The notes: a model not told the origin generated them from the sequence alone. Positions 1-9,685 are shown, counted from the first letter of the stretch. The stretch: 64,000 nt of DNA from an uncultured virus (IMG/VR IMGVR_UViG_3300037010_004438) (IMGVR_UViG_3300037010_004438); one strand, 5' to 3'. Program-made: numbers and translations.

Positions 1-147
1 AAGAAGGCGGTCAAGAAGGAGGTTAAGAAGGAGGTCAAGAAGTCTGTCAAGAAGGCGGCGAAGAAGGCGGCGAAGAGGGGCGCCAAGAAGGTCTCCAAGC
101 AGAAGGGCTCCAAGCCTTCCGAGAAGGTCTCCAGGAGAACGCGATGA
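1..147 (+). CDS. Partial (5'-truncated) Lys/Ala-rich histone H1-like basic protein
   Basis: Frame 1 reads KKAVKKEVKKEVKKSVKKAAKKAAKRGAKKVSKQKGSKPSEKVSRRTR*; stop overlaps the next ATG (ATGA). Confidence 0.65.
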   Translation, partial: KKAVKKEVKKEVKKSVKKAAKKAAKRGAKKVSKQKGSKPSEKVSRRTR

Positions 148-446
148 GCGCCCGCCACGTCATCGTTCTCAGCTTCCTCGCAGCGGCAGGGCTTTTGAGC
201 TGGGGCTTCGCGTTCTACGTGGTTCGCCGCGCGGAGAAGATTCGCGCGGTCGGCAGAAAGGAGGAATCGCCGCGAGCATCGATTCACTTCAAGGTCGAGA
301 AGAAGCATGTGGAGGAGACGACCCCTCCCGAAGAGCGCCGCTCAGGCGATCGGATGCAGTTCCGGCGCGAGACGGGCCTCGTGAGGTCGCGGTCGAAGAA
401 CGAGAAGAAGCGCGAGCGCCGTCTCGCCGCGGAACAAGGAGCGTAG
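144..446 (+). CDS. Hypothetical membrane protein
   Basis: N-terminal hydrophobic helix; coupled to the upstream stop. Confidence 0.6.
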   Translation: MSARHVIVLSFLAAAGLLSWGFAFYVVRRAEKIRAVGRKEESPRASIHFKVEKKHVEETTPPEERRSGDRMQFRRETGLVRSRSKNEKKRERRLAAEQGA

Positions 447-449
447 GCC

Positions 450-746
450 GTGTGCGATCCCTTCCTTCATTCATCGCGCCAGATGCGAAGAGCGGTTCGG
501 CGCAGCCTTCGCGATCCGTCGGGCAGAAACCTGCGCAAATTCCTCTCGTGGTACCTGCGGTGCTGCAACGCATGGATGGTGAGGTACGCGCCGAACCTCG
601 GTCGAGATGACCGTTCCGTTCGCTACGAGGGCAAGCTCCACTTCCGGAGGGAGACGGCTCGCCAATTCCTCCTCGACGAAGAGGAGCGGAGGGATCTGTT
701 CATCGCGTGTTCCTGGCCGGTCGGAGGGCAATATGTCGCGCGATGA
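450..746 (+). CDS. Hypothetical protein
   Basis: AGGAG then GTG; operon-like packing. Confidence 0.5.
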   Translation: MCDPFLHSSRQMRRAVRRSLRDPSGRNLRKFLSWYLRCCNAWMVRYAPNLGRDDRSVRYEGKLHFRRETARQFLLDEEERRDLFIACSWPVGGQYVAR

Positions 747-995
747 CGAGGACGCTCCCGCGCCGAAGAGTCCGTCGATGGGCTTCTCTGCGAAGTCAAT
801 GGGCTTCTCTGCGAAGTCGATGGGTCTCTCCGCGAAGTCGATGGCTTTCTGGAAGTCGAAGCCGCTCGTCGTGTTCGTGTCGGACCGCCTCGACGTCTCG
901 GAAGCGGAGTTCGAAGCGCACTACCGCACGCGTATCGAGGCGCTCCGCCAGATGGGGCGAGGTTCGTCATCGGCGACGCTCGAAGGACGCTCTGA
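733..995 (+). pseudogene. Frameshifted/truncated SLOG-like phage protein fragment with 4x21-bp N-terminal repeat
   Basis: VFVSDRLDVSEAEFEAHY followed, after a frameshift at ~955, by FVIGDAR; SMGFSAK repeat at 775-858. Confidence 0.35.
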
Positions 996-1103
996 TCAAA
1001 GAGGATCGGTAAGATGCTTCTCTGGAGAAGGGCGACTTGTTGCGGCGGCTGGTTTGGGGACGCGGAGGATGAGGTCGATCATCTTCCGTGCAGGGAGAGG
1101 ACC

Positions 1104-1568
1104 ATGAAGAACGTGTTCGAGAGCCGGTTTGTCGTAAAGGCGCTGCAGGGACCGGAGCACGGGGATGGGATGGACGACCGTCCCTACTGGACCGCCGTCG
1201 TCTCCGAGCCGCCCGGCGTCGCGCACGTCTGGGGAAAGAAGAACGAGGCTGCGATCTTCGCGACGGAGATGGACGCGATGATGGTGAGCCGGCTCGCGAC
1301 GCGAGACGGGTTCCCGTGCGCCATCGAGGAGCTGGACGAGGACGTCTCAGGCATCCTCAACCAGGGCGCGGACGAGAGCCTCGCCGACGCGGCGAGAAGG
1401 GTCGTTCGAGAGCGCCTCGAAGCGCAGGACCTTCTTCTCGGAATCGGCAGGCTGGTCGACCAGCATGTCGAGGACGGCGAGTCGCTCCTCGACGCCGTTC
1501 GGCGTACGGCCGCTTTGGCTCGCAGAGCGAGCGCTGCAGGAAGGCCGATTCGTCCCAAGAACGCTTGA
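1104..1568 (+). CDS. Hypothetical protein
   Basis: GGAGAGG RBS + ATG; typical codon bias. Confidence 0.65.
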   Translation: MKNVFESRFVVKALQGPEHGDGMDDRPYWTAVVSEPPGVAHVWGKKNEAAIFATEMDAMMVSRLATRDGFPCAIEELDEDVSGILNQGADESLADAARRVVRERLEAQDLLLGIGRLVDQHVEDGESLLDAVRRTAALARRASAAGRPIRPKNA

Positions 1569-1598
1569 CGCTCTTCGGAGAATGGACCATCGAGTTCC

Positions 1599-1787
1599 AT
1601 GAAGCAAGAGTTCGTAATCCGGTGCTACCACATTCTCTTCTGGCTCCTTCTGCTCTGCGGGTACTCCGGCCTCGCGAGCCTCGCGAGGCTGAGCCTTACA
1701 ACGACCGCCCTTGGAGGCGCCTGCATCGGGCTCGGGTCGGCGTTCTACGTTGCCTACCGGATGAAGAAGTCGCAAGACGAAGATTGA
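1599..1787 (+). CDS. Small two-TM membrane protein
   Basis: Two hydrophobic segments. Confidence 0.5.
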   Translation: MKQEFVIRCYHILFWLLLLCGYSGLASLARLSLTTTALGGACIGLGSAFYVAYRMKKSQDED

Positions 1788-1812
1788 CATTCGAGCTATC
1801 GCGATATAACCT
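1784..1812 (+). promoter_or_regulatory. Sigma70-like promoter with TATCGCGATA palindrome abutting the -10
   Basis: TTGACA-N17-TAACCT; palindrome 1797-1806. Confidence 0.8.
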
Positions 1813-1859
1813 CGACGCTGCTTGATGAACTCGCCCGGTGAGAAACCGAAGGAGAGGAC

Positions 1860-2176
1860 ATGACGACGCGCGGAGAGATTCAGGAGCGGCCGGTCACCGG
1901 AAAGGCGAAAGGTGCGACGCGCGGCATTATCGCCCGCGACACGTTCGATCACGAGGACTACCCGGTCTACGTGATGTCGGGCCAGGATCCGAAGAAGAAG
2001 GCTCAGAACCTCGGGGAGATGCAGAGAGAGTGATGGAGGCGTACGCGACGCGCCTCGACATCGAGAAGCAGCTCGGCGAGCGCCGCGCCTTTCACTGCGA
2101 GCAGGCGCCGCTCGTCGGGGACGCGTTCGCGCAGATCAACGCGCGCCTCGAAGCGCTGAAGAAGACTTGGAAGTAG
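1860..2176 (+). pseudogene. Phage-type hypothetical protein, frameshifted in an AG run at ~2025
   Basis: DTFDHEDYPVYV in one frame continues as VMEAY...QLGERRAFH in another. Confidence 0.5.
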
Positions 2177-2184
2177 AGGACGAA

Positions 2185-3168
2185 ATGGCGATCAAGTTCG
2201 AGAAGATCGAACCCGGGATGCGGCTCCTCGATGTCCGCCGGACGAAGATGGGCAACACGAACATGAGCCGACTCGGCGCTTGGACGGTCGAGATCGTGTC
2301 GGTCGATGCGACGGCGCGGACGGCGATGGTGCGCTGGAACGGCAACGCGGCAGAGCTGTGGAACGAGCGTCAGCTGACGAAGCTTTACGTCGCGCCGCCG
2401 AAAGCGCTGCGCGATCAAGAGGCGAGGGAGAGGGGGGCGGACGTGGTGAAGGCGCAAGCGAGGGGGCGCCTCCTCCCCTGGAAGGTCTCCTGGTACGACA
2501 GCAAACTGTCGCGCGCGTGGGAGTATTGCGGTCCCTGGTGGATCAGCGGGGAGACGGGGGACGGCCGCCGCATCTTCTGCGCCGCTGTCATGGCAGAGAG
2601 CGCGGAGGCGGCGAAGAAGGTCATTGCGGACGCGCACGACGAGCCCCTCTGCTACGCGGCGCTCGACTGGCGCTTCTGCGTCGAGCGGGAGGATGGGTGG
2701 GACCCCTTTAGCGAGCGCTTCCCGCGCGCCGCGTGGATGGTCTGGCCCTTCCCGACCGAAGCGAAGAAGACTTCGCGTCCTGTGGAGACGGCGCGCCCGT
2801 CGCCTGCAGCGCTCGATGAGGCTCGCGAGACTTCCAGGAAGTCGAGTCCGAGCCTTCGCGCTCTCGGGGTTTCCGAGGCCGCTTGCGAAGCGATCGCTAG
2901 CTTCACGATCGAGTACCGACGGGCGATCGACGGGGAGCTGCGAAAGCTCCCGAAAGAGACGTTTGGGAGGCTCGCCGAGGCGGGCCGACTCGTCGAAGAT
3001 GGGCTGCGGCACGACGCTCTCGTCTGCCGTCGCGCGACCTACCTCGATGCTATCGATTGGCACATGGAGCGCGCTAGGGCGCTCGGCGCGGACGTCTACT
3101 GCGTCTACCACGCATGCGACAAGAGGGAGTGCGCGCCTCGGCATGAGGTGAAGATGGAGAAGCCGTGA
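2185..3168 (+). CDS. Hypothetical protein (possibly chimeric)
   Basis: GAGG RBS; long ORF with coding-like bias; contains a 15-bp palindrome at 2829. Confidence 0.6.
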   Translation: MAIKFEKIEPGMRLLDVRRTKMGNTNMSRLGAWTVEIVSVDATARTAMVRWNGNAAELWNERQLTKLYVAPPKALRDQEARERGADVVKAQARGRLLPWKVSWYDSKLSRAWEYCGPWWISGETGDGRRIFCAAVMAESAEAAKKVIADAHDEPLCYAALDWRFCVEREDGWDPFSERFPRAAWMVWPFPTEAKKTSRPVETARPSPAALDEARETSRKSSPSLRALGVSEAACEAIASFTIEYRRAIDGELRKLPKETFGRLAEAGRLVEDGLRHDALVCRRATYLDAIDWHMERARALGADVYCVYHACDKRECAPRHEVKMEKP

Positions 3169-3290
3169 GACTGCGGAGGCTTCTGGCAGAACGACTCCTT
3201 CGCCCATGCCGAACGGTGTGAGGACGACGAAGCCGCTCCCCGCGATGATCTGGAGGATCTGCGAGCGATTTCTTCCTCGACGAGGACGAC

Positions 3291-3464
3291 GTGAGCGACT
3301 GGGCCTGGTTCGGGCCCGGCGGCGTCGTCGGCCTTCTCATCCTCATCGCCCTCCTCATCTGGTACCTGCACGGCAAGGAGGACTGCGATACCCGCCAATG
3401 CGATCGCGTCCGCCCGAAGATCGTCGACCACAAGTGTCTCTGCGTCGAGGAGGTTGCGAAGTGA
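3291..3464 (+). CDS. Small membrane protein with Cys-rich tail
   Basis: GAGG + GTG; MSDWAWFGPGGVVGLLILIALLIWYL...; stop overlaps next ATG. Confidence 0.55.
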   Translation: MSDWAWFGPGGVVGLLILIALLIWYLHGKEDCDTRQCDRVRPKIVDHKCLCVEEVAK

Positions 3465-3685
3465 TGGAGAAGGCGTATCAGGAGGCTTCGTTCCACGTCT
3501 GGTGCGGCCAGTGCGAAACCGTCGTCGGCGAGGATCCGGACGGGCTCGACCTCGTGACCGTCAAGCGGACCGAGAACAAGAACGCCGTCGGCGAGTTCAC
3601 GATGACGCGCGAAGAGGCCAGGCTCCTCGCCGATTCGATCGGCAAGCTCCTCGCGTACATGGAGGCGTGCGATGGTCAAAAATAA
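3464..3685 (+). CDS. Hypothetical protein
   Basis: TGATG coupling, GGAGG RBS. Confidence 0.6.
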   Translation: MEKAYQEASFHVWCGQCETVVGEDPDGLDLVTVKRTENKNAVGEFTMTREEARLLADSIGKLLAYMEACDGQK

Positions 3686-4067
3686 GACCGAACAGCTCGT
3701 TGACACGCTCGTCTCGGCCGCGTACGACGACGGGGGCCGCGGCCGTGAGGAATCTTCGATGAAGCTCCTCGAAGCGCGCGCTGCGCTGCTCGCACACATC
3801 GATCGCGTTCGCCACGGCGCGGAGAGAAAGGCGCTCTCTGCGGCGGACGAGGCCGCTTCGGAGATGGGGCCCGAGCTGGCAGAGACGATGGGGGATGAAG
3901 AACTGATCGACATCGCGCTCAAGGCGAAGCTCCTCGCCGCGCACACGGGCACCGACTGCGCCGTCGCGCTCGCGAAGGGCGCGAAGGAGGCGCTGCTCCT
4001 CCGCCTGAAGGCGGCGCCCGCGAAGAAAACGAAGGCGAAGAAAGGGAAGATCGATGCGAAAACGTGA
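3672..4067 (+). CDS. Hypothetical protein
   Basis: Overlapping operon packing, GGAGG RBS. Confidence 0.6.
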   Translation: MVKNKTEQLVDTLVSAAYDDGGRGREESSMKLLEARAALLAHIDRVRHGAERKALSAADEAASEMGPELAETMGDEELIDIALKAKLLAAHTGTDCAVALAKGAKEALLLRLKAAPAKKTKAKKGKIDAKT

Positions 4068-4302
4068 GATCGTGGTCGGCGGCGTGTACGCCGACGGCAC
4101 GGGAAACGTTCGCGAGGTCATCGCGGAGGGTCCCGAGCACGTCATCTGCGCGAGCCATACGGAACGGGACAACGTCCGCTATCGCCTCATCGCGAAGAAG
4201 GCGAGCCCCGATCGCGTCGGCGACGAGAAGAACACGGTCCGCCACTCCTTCGCTTCGTGGGCGGCGCGGAAGGTGGAGCCAAGCGAAGGAGGAACGCCGT
4301 GA
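4054..4302 (+). CDS. Hypothetical protein
   Basis: Overlapping operon packing. Confidence 0.6.
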   Translation: MRKREIVVGGVYADGTGNVREVIAEGPEHVICASHTERDNVRYRLIAKKASPDRVGDEKNTVRHSFASWAARKVEPSEGGTP

Positions 4303-5039
4303 CGTATGCGAAGAAGATGGAGGAAGATCGTCGCCTCGTCGCCGAGGTCGTGCGCCGCGCCAAGAAAGCGGCCCGGTGCGAGGAGGAGGACTGCCGTACT
4401 TGCACCGAAGACCTCGCTGACGTCGTCGCCGCGATGCAGCGGCGCCTTGAAGAAGCTCGCATGGAAGTCGAGGATGCGCGCGAGAAGGCGAACGTCGTCA
4501 CGGCGCGCGGACACTGCTACGAGGAGGCAGGCGCCGACTGGAATCTGGTGACCGACTACGGGCGCGCTTGTAAGTCGCTGAGCGACGACGGCGTCGTCGA
4601 GGCGCGCAATGCGCTTCTCGACCGTTTCGCCCGCCTCCGCGCACTGCTGAAGGAGGCGAAGGAGGAGGCGCAGCGCGACGCCGCGGGCGGAGGACGGCAG
4701 CAAGCGGACGAGGAAGCGCGAACCCTTGCAGCCCTCCGCAAGGATGCCGAGGAGTCCTGCATGCTCTTGCGGGAGGAAAATCGGACGCTTCGCCTGAGGA
4801 TTGCGTCCCTCGAAGGGGGCCTCGCGGCGCGCGAAGAACTCCCCGCGGAGGTGCGCGTCCTCGATATGGAGCGCGTCTTCGTAGCGTTCGCCGGCGCGGG
4901 CGTCCTGCCGCCCGAGGCCGCGCTCAACGTGACGTACAAGGGTGCGCAGATGTTGAAAATGTCTCTGCTCCTCGACGAGCAGGTGATCGTCGCGTTTTGC
5001 GCAGCCGAGCATTGCGAAAAGGAGAACAACAGCGAGTGA
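4299..5039 (+). CDS. Coiled-coil hypothetical protein
   Basis: GTGA overlap, GGAGG RBS; E/A/R heptad-rich. Confidence 0.65.
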   Translation: MTYAKKMEEDRRLVAEVVRRAKKAARCEEEDCRTCTEDLADVVAAMQRRLEEARMEVEDAREKANVVTARGHCYEEAGADWNLVTDYGRACKSLSDDGVVEARNALLDRFARLRALLKEAKEEAQRDAAGGGRQQADEEARTLAALRKDAEESCMLLREENRTLRLRIASLEGGLAAREELPAEVRVLDMERVFVAFAGAGVLPPEAALNVTYKGAQMLKMSLLLDEQVIVAFCAAEHCEKENNSE

Positions 5040-5079
5040 ACGCATCTCCGGGGGTTCTGGGCCCAGAAGCCGTTCCCGA

Positions 5080-5184
5080 TGCGAGCCGCGAAGCGGCGAG
5101 CCGAGACGAGAAGGAGCGGGAGCGGGAGCGGGAAGCTCGCCCGCTTCGCGGGCTCGCAGTGACAAGTGGCAAGTGGCAAGTGGC
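5080..5184. repeat. Composite hairpin element (copy A) with (GAGCGG)n loop and GTGGCAA tail repeats
   Basis: TGCGAGCCGCGAAGCGGCGAGC ... GCTCGCCCGCTTCGCGGGCTCGCA inverted arms. Confidence 0.85.
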
Positions 5185-5209
5185 GCCTCTCGTGAAAGGG
5201 GAATCTGCG

Positions 5210-5608
5210 ATGAGCACGAGATGTCCGAGCTGCGACGTGTGCGGGGGACTGAACCTCTCCGGCACGTACGAGTGCGCGCTCTGCGAGGCAGAGCGGAAGA
5301 AGAGGGTCGAGAAGGCCGTCAGCGCGGCGGTCGAGGAGGCCGTCCGCGAGGCCGTCGGCGCAGCGGTGAAGAAGGCGACCGAGGAGGCGACGATCGCGGC
5401 GGCCGATCGGGGCTTCTTGAAGGGGATCGAAGCGGCCGCGGGCTTCATCGAGGAGTACGCCTCCTTCTACGAGAAGAACCCCTTCGTGCAGATGCTCACG
5501 GGGGAGAAGGCCGTCGAGGCGCGCAACATCGTCCGCCTTGTGAACGATCTCGCAAAGCGCCTTCGCGAGTCGATCGAAGCGCCGAGGCGAGCGGAGGCAG
5601 GGCGATGA
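5210..5608 (+). CDS. Hypothetical protein with N-terminal CxxC..CxxC zinc ribbon
   Basis: CDVC / CALC; coiled-coil follows. Confidence 0.6.
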   Translation: MSTRCPSCDVCGGLNLSGTYECALCEAERKKRVEKAVSAAVEEAVREAVGAAVKKATEEATIAAADRGFLKGIEAAAGFIEEYASFYEKNPFVQMLTGEKAVEARNIVRLVNDLAKRLRESIEAPRRAEAGR

Positions 5609-5883
5609 ACCCGGAAGAAGAGAAGGCGAGGATCTTCGCCCGCGAAGAAAGTCCTCCGCCTCGAAGAGGAGCTTCAGCGCGCCCGCTCGAAGCACGCCGT
5701 CTGGGCGCTGTCGGCCGCGTTCGCGTCGCTCGACGCGCTCGGCTCGCTCGCCTGCGCGAAGTGCGGGCACGACGGCTGGGCGTATTTCCACGGGAGCGGA
5801 GACGCGAGGAACACGCGCTGCCGGGCCAGCTCCGATCAGCTCTGGCGCGAAGTCGACTGCGCCTGCACGTCGTTCGATCCTGA

Positions 5884-5976
5884 GGGAGGGTTTGGGAGAG
5901 GGCGCGCGGCCCCTCCCAACAGTCCGTCCAGCGAAGCTGGTCCGGAGGGGTAGGGAGGGCGCAGAGCCCTCCCGGC
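5884..5976. repeat. ~90-bp triple-hairpin element, copy 1
   Basis: Near-identical to 16143-16233 (core TCCGTCCAGCGAAGCTGGTCCGGAGG). Confidence 0.8.
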
Positions 5977-6035
5977 AAGGTTCTGGCGAAACGGCGAAGT
6001 GGGGTAACGACTTTCAGGAAGACGGAAGAAGGCCC

Positions 6036-6064
6036 TTGCCAAATCCGCTATCGCGATATATGGT
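6036..6064 (+). promoter_or_regulatory. Promoter with TATCGCGATA palindrome
   Basis: TTGCCA-N17-TATGGT; palindrome 6049-6058. Confidence 0.75.
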
Positions 6065-6109
6065 CTCTTTGCCCGCGTGAGAAGCGCTGGGGTCTCGGAG
6101 GACGGGAAC

Positions 6110-6400
6110 ATGGGTCTCGCAAAGTTCGGCGGTGGAGACAACAACTACTGCGGCGCGTGCGGCGCGGACAACGCGGTCGGCTGCGCCTCCGATTGTCCGA
6201 GGTACGACGACGCGCCTCGACATCCTCCGTACCACCCTCCGAAGGTCGGCGTGCCGGAGGAGATCGCGAGCGCGAAGTTCGCGGACCTCATCGATCGCCT
6301 CGTGCAAGCGCGCGTCGCGGGCGCAACGTCCGTCGCAAAAGCGCTGAAGAAGGACCTGGAACGGGAAATCTGCCTCGCGCTTTTGCGCGCCAGGGGTTGA
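6110..6400 (+). CDS. Hypothetical Cys-rich protein
   Basis: GGAGG RBS downstream of promoter. Confidence 0.6.
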   Translation: MGLAKFGGGDNNYCGACGADNAVGCASDCPRYDDAPRHPPYHPPKVGVPEEIASAKFADLIDRLVQARVAGATSVAKALKKDLEREICLALLRARG

Positions 6401-6485
6401 ACATGAACGACGCGGCGAAGATGCGAGTGCGCGCGGCGGAAATCCTGCCGCCGACGAGGAAGGACCAGGCGATCGCCTCTATGAG

Positions 6486-6791
6486 GTGAAGATCGTCGTG
6501 GTATCGAGCCCCTATCGGGATCCCGACGAGGTGCTCGACCGCATCATGAGCGTGATCATCCGCCATCTGGACGCTCCGCTCGCCATCGTCGATGGGTGCG
6601 GCGCTTCGGTGAAGAACCTCACCGCCGAGAGCAAGAAGACGGAAGGGACCGGTCCCTACCGGACGGTCGCGACTGGCTTCGTGAACAAGAAGGTCGCGAT
6701 GAACAGGCCGGTGCCCATCTTGCGTCCGAGGGCAGAGGAGGCGTCTTCCGTGTCCGAGGAGGTGTCTCCCGCGTCCGAGGAGGATTCGTGA
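6486..6791 (+). CDS. Hypothetical protein
   Basis: ORF in co-oriented gene run. Confidence 0.45.
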   Translation: MKIVVVSSPYRDPDEVLDRIMSVIIRHLDAPLAIVDGCGASVKNLTAESKKTEGTGPYRTVATGFVNKKVAMNRPVPILRPRAEEASSVSEEVSPASEEDS

Positions 6792-7014
6792 GCGACTCCA
6801 TCAGCGCGTGCAGGGACGCGGAGGATCGATACATCGCCCTCTGCCGCAAGTACGGCGAACAGGTGCGCTGGAGCAAGGCAAGCCGAGCGGCGGAGGGACG
6901 CGGCCTACTGCCGCATCAGCGCGATCATTTGCGAGATCGAAGCGCTCGCAGTGAAGCTCGCCGGCGCCGAGTGGACGAACCTTACGGAGGCGGCGCCTCG
7001 CGGCAAGTGAGTCA

Positions 7015-7437
7015 TTGATGAAGATTAAGGACAAGAAGCGCCGCGCCGTGGTTTGTCGAGCGACGTCGATCGTCGTCCTTTGCACCTGCGGCCTCCTCGA
7101 AGCGCGCCGAGCGGCGAAGAAGAAGGTGCGGGAGAAGGCGGCAGCCTTGAAGACCATGACGGACGAGTACGATCGGGGGCGCGCCGTCCGCTTTCTCCTC
7201 GGCGACCGAGCCGTAGAGCGCCCGCTCTTTCGCGCCTTCATCGAACGCGGCGAGAACGCGACCGACGTCCTTCAGCGTCTCTCGCTGCAGTTCGCTGAAC
7301 ACCGCGAGGAAACCCTCGCGCGCGAGCGCGCACGAATCTCGGAGGACGCGGACGCGGACGCTGACGAGGGCTGCCTCTGCGGCGAGATCAACGCGCGGCA
7401 CTGCCCCATTCACAACGAGGCGCCCGATGATGCATGA
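7015..7437 (+). CDS. Hypothetical protein
   Basis: ORF in co-oriented gene run. Confidence 0.5.
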   Translation: MMKIKDKKRRAVVCRATSIVVLCTCGLLEARRAAKKKVREKAAALKTMTDEYDRGRAVRFLLGDRAVERPLFRAFIERGENATDVLQRLSLQFAEHREETLARERARISEDADADADEGCLCGEINARHCPIHNEAPDDA

Positions 7438-8029
7438 GAAGCCGTCGACCAAGCACCTGAAGGCGAAGAAGGCGGAGGCTCCCGTCCTCGCCTACCCTTC
7501 GGACCCTCCGATCACACTTGCGGACATCGATCCGGCACGCCACGAGCGCTACTCGCCGAACCTCCACGCCTGGATCGACAAGCACACGCGTCACCTGCGC
7601 TCGAAGGAGAGGAAGCGCCCCTGGCCGAAGGTCCTCTTCGAGCCGGAGGACGCGGAGGAGAAGCGGCGCCCGCTCATCGTCTGGAACGACTGCAGCTGCC
7701 ATCCCTCGATGTACACGGGCGCCTCCATCGGCGCGGTGCTCTGCTTCGGCATCGAGCGAAACGCCCCTTTCGGCTCCTTTGTCATCCCGGACGCGGTCGA
7801 GTGGGAAGGGTTCTGGGAGGAGTACCTGCGCATCGGGCGCTGCGTCTTCGACCCGAAGCACTCCGAGTTTTTCAGCGGCGCGAAGAAGCGCTTCATCGAG
7901 ATTGGCGATGACCGGACGTGTGCGTGGTGCGGAGCCTCGCAGCGGCGCGAGCGCTATGAGGCGACGGTGAAGAAGGAGCGATGGGTCATGACGACGGATC
8001 CGCGTTGGGTCGCAACGTCGGAGTCTTGA
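7427..8029 (+). CDS. Hypothetical phage-type protein (C-terminal CxWC)
   Basis: Coding bias; YSPNLHAW, YLRIGRC, CAWCG. Confidence 0.65.
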   Translation: MMHEKPSTKHLKAKKAEAPVLAYPSDPPITLADIDPARHERYSPNLHAWIDKHTRHLRSKERKRPWPKVLFEPEDAEEKRRPLIVWNDCSCHPSMYTGASIGAVLCFGIERNAPFGSFVIPDAVEWEGFWEEYLRIGRCVFDPKHSEFFSGAKKRFIEIGDDRTCAWCGASQRRERYEATVKKERWVMTTDPRWVATSES

Positions 8030-8062
8030 GCAGAAAGGGTGGGGAGCGTGGAGAAGCGGGAC

Positions 8063-8545
8063 ATGGAAGGGATGCCCCTCGACGCAGACGAGGTCTATCC
8101 CGGCATCTGGGTCGGCTCGGTCCCCTACAGGAAGGAGGCTGCGCAGGAGTGGTTCACGTTCATCGTCCTCTGCTCGGAGGACTTCCAGTTTCCTGCGGGC
8201 GACTTCCCGCGAGCCAAGGTGCTGCACTGCCCCTTGGTCGATGACGATTCGATCCTGTCCGGCGCGACGCTCGCGCTCATTTTCGCTTCGGCGCGGGCGG
8301 TCGCCGAGGCGCGCGAGAACGGCGAGCAGGTGCTTGTCACCTGCGCGGCGGGGCTCAATCGATCGGCGCTCATCGCCGGGCTCGCGATGAGCATGCTCGG
8401 CGAGAAGTTCCCCGTCGAGCGCCTCCGCGCCCATCGAAACCCGACCTGCCTCTCGAACGCGGCGTTTCGGAGGCTCGTGACGGGCGAAAATTGCGCGGCC
8501 TCCTTCTACCTGCCGAACCGGACCTCTTCGCGAAAGGGCGACTGA
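8063..8545 (+). CDS. Dual-specificity (Cx5R) phosphatase
   Basis: VLVTCAAGLNRS P-loop; EVYPGIWVGS N-terminus; PLVD acid loop. Confidence 0.9.
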   Translation: MEGMPLDADEVYPGIWVGSVPYRKEAAQEWFTFIVLCSEDFQFPAGDFPRAKVLHCPLVDDDSILSGATLALIFASARAVAEARENGEQVLVTCAAGLNRSALIAGLAMSMLGEKFPVERLRAHRNPTCLSNAAFRRLVTGENCAASFYLPNRTSSRKGD

Positions 8546-8733
8546 TGGGCGCGAATCGAAAGTATCTCCTGAGCTACTGGATGGTGTTCGACGTCGAGTC
8601 CGTCGGCCTTCATGGCGAAGGCTTCGCGGTCGGGTACGCGGTCATCGACGCGAATTGTCGCTGCGAGCCGCGAAGCGGCGAGGGAGGGAGCGGATTCAGG
8701 TTCGCTCGCCGGGCTCCGCCTGGCTCGCAGTGA
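8545..8733 (+). pseudogene. N-terminal fragment of a DEDD-type 3'-5' exonuclease, cut off by a hairpin element
   Basis: MVFDVESVGLHGEGFAVG (ExoI DxE motif) runs straight into the hairpin at 8662. Confidence 0.55.
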
Positions 8734-8748
8734 CAGGTGACAAGTGAC
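8662..8748. repeat. Composite hairpin element (copy B)
   Basis: TGCGAGCCGCGAAGCGGCGAG ... GCTCGCC..GGCTCGCA followed by GTGACA(A/G) repeats. Confidence 0.85.
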
Positions 8749-8751
8749 CGC

Positions 8752-8780
8752 TTGACTTTCAAGCTATCGCGATATACCTT
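8752..8780 (+). promoter_or_regulatory. Promoter with TATCGCGATA palindrome
   Basis: TTGACT-N17-TACCTT; palindrome 8765-8774. Confidence 0.8.
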
Positions 8781-8823
8781 TTTCTTCTCGCGTGGAGGAC
8801 ACGCGCTCGACGGCGAGGAGACC

Positions 8824-9060
8824 ATGAAGAAGGGCAAGCCTTCGCCCGTACCGACGGGACCGAAGCAGACGGCGAGGATCGAGGCGGTCGAGGGGCGCAA
8901 GGGCGTCATCGGCGGGCGCTTCGTCGGCCACTGGCGCGACTGGGGCAAGGAGTCGAAGGTGTATCGAGACAAGGACGAAGCCATCCGCGGAGCGCTCCAG
9001 GCCGGCTTCGTCAAGGTCATGGTCGATGGCAAGGTTGTCGCCCGCAAAGGCGGCGAGTAG
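8824..9060 (+). CDS. Small basic hypothetical protein
   Basis: GAGGAG RBS. Confidence 0.65.
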   Translation: MKKGKPSPVPTGPKQTARIEAVEGRKGVIGGRFVGHWRDWGKESKVYRDKDEAIRGALQAGFVKVMVDGKVVARKGGE

Positions 9061-9069
9061 AGGACGGCG

Positions 9070-9402
9070 ATGAGCGAAGAGCAAAAGAGCGAGGACATCT
9101 TGATCGTGAGCGCCGCCTCGCCGGCGGCGGGCGCGATCTGGTCCGGCATCCATCAGGGGCAGGAGATGATCCGCATCGAGCCGAACGGCGATTTCTACGT
9201 GCGCGGCAAGCTCGCGGGGACTGACAGGGAGGTCTTCCACGGCTTCGCGATGTACATGGGCCTGTGCAAAAACGTGAGCGCCGAGGAGAACCAGACGCTG
9301 CGCAGCGCGAACGAGAAGCTCCAGAAGCAGCTCGAACAGGCGTACGCCTGCATCCGCGAGCTGCAGCGCCTCGCGCTCGCGCGCAATCTGAAGGAGGGCT
9401 GA
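9070..9402 (+). CDS. Hypothetical protein
   Basis: GAGG RBS; C-terminal coiled coil. Confidence 0.65.
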   Translation: MSEEQKSEDILIVSAASPAAGAIWSGIHQGQEMIRIEPNGDFYVRGKLAGTDREVFHGFAMYMGLCKNVSAEENQTLRSANEKLQKQLEQAYACIRELQRLALARNLKEG

Positions 9403-9404
9403 TT

Positions 9405-9602
9405 GTGACGTTCATCATCGTCTACCCGAGGGGGAATCGGTCCGAGATCGCGGTCGCAGAGTCGTCCGAGTGCGAGTTCGGCGACTACGACCGCGCGAGT
9501 CGCGAGACCTTCGACCAGGAGAAGGAAGCGTTCGAGTACGCCCGCTCGCTCGCGAAGAAGTACGGCAAGACGTTCGTAGGCGACCCCGCCTACCTCGACT
9601 AA
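9405..9602 (+). CDS. Hypothetical protein
   Basis: AGGAGG RBS + GTG. Confidence 0.6.
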   Translation: MTFIIVYPRGNRSEIAVAESSECEFGDYDRASRETFDQEKEAFEYARSLAKKYGKTFVGDPAYLD

Positions 9603-9685
9603 GAGAAGAACATGGCCGATTTAAACGAGATCCCGAACATGGCGGCGGGCGAAGAGCTTCTGCGGGAACGCGAGGAGGGGCGCTG

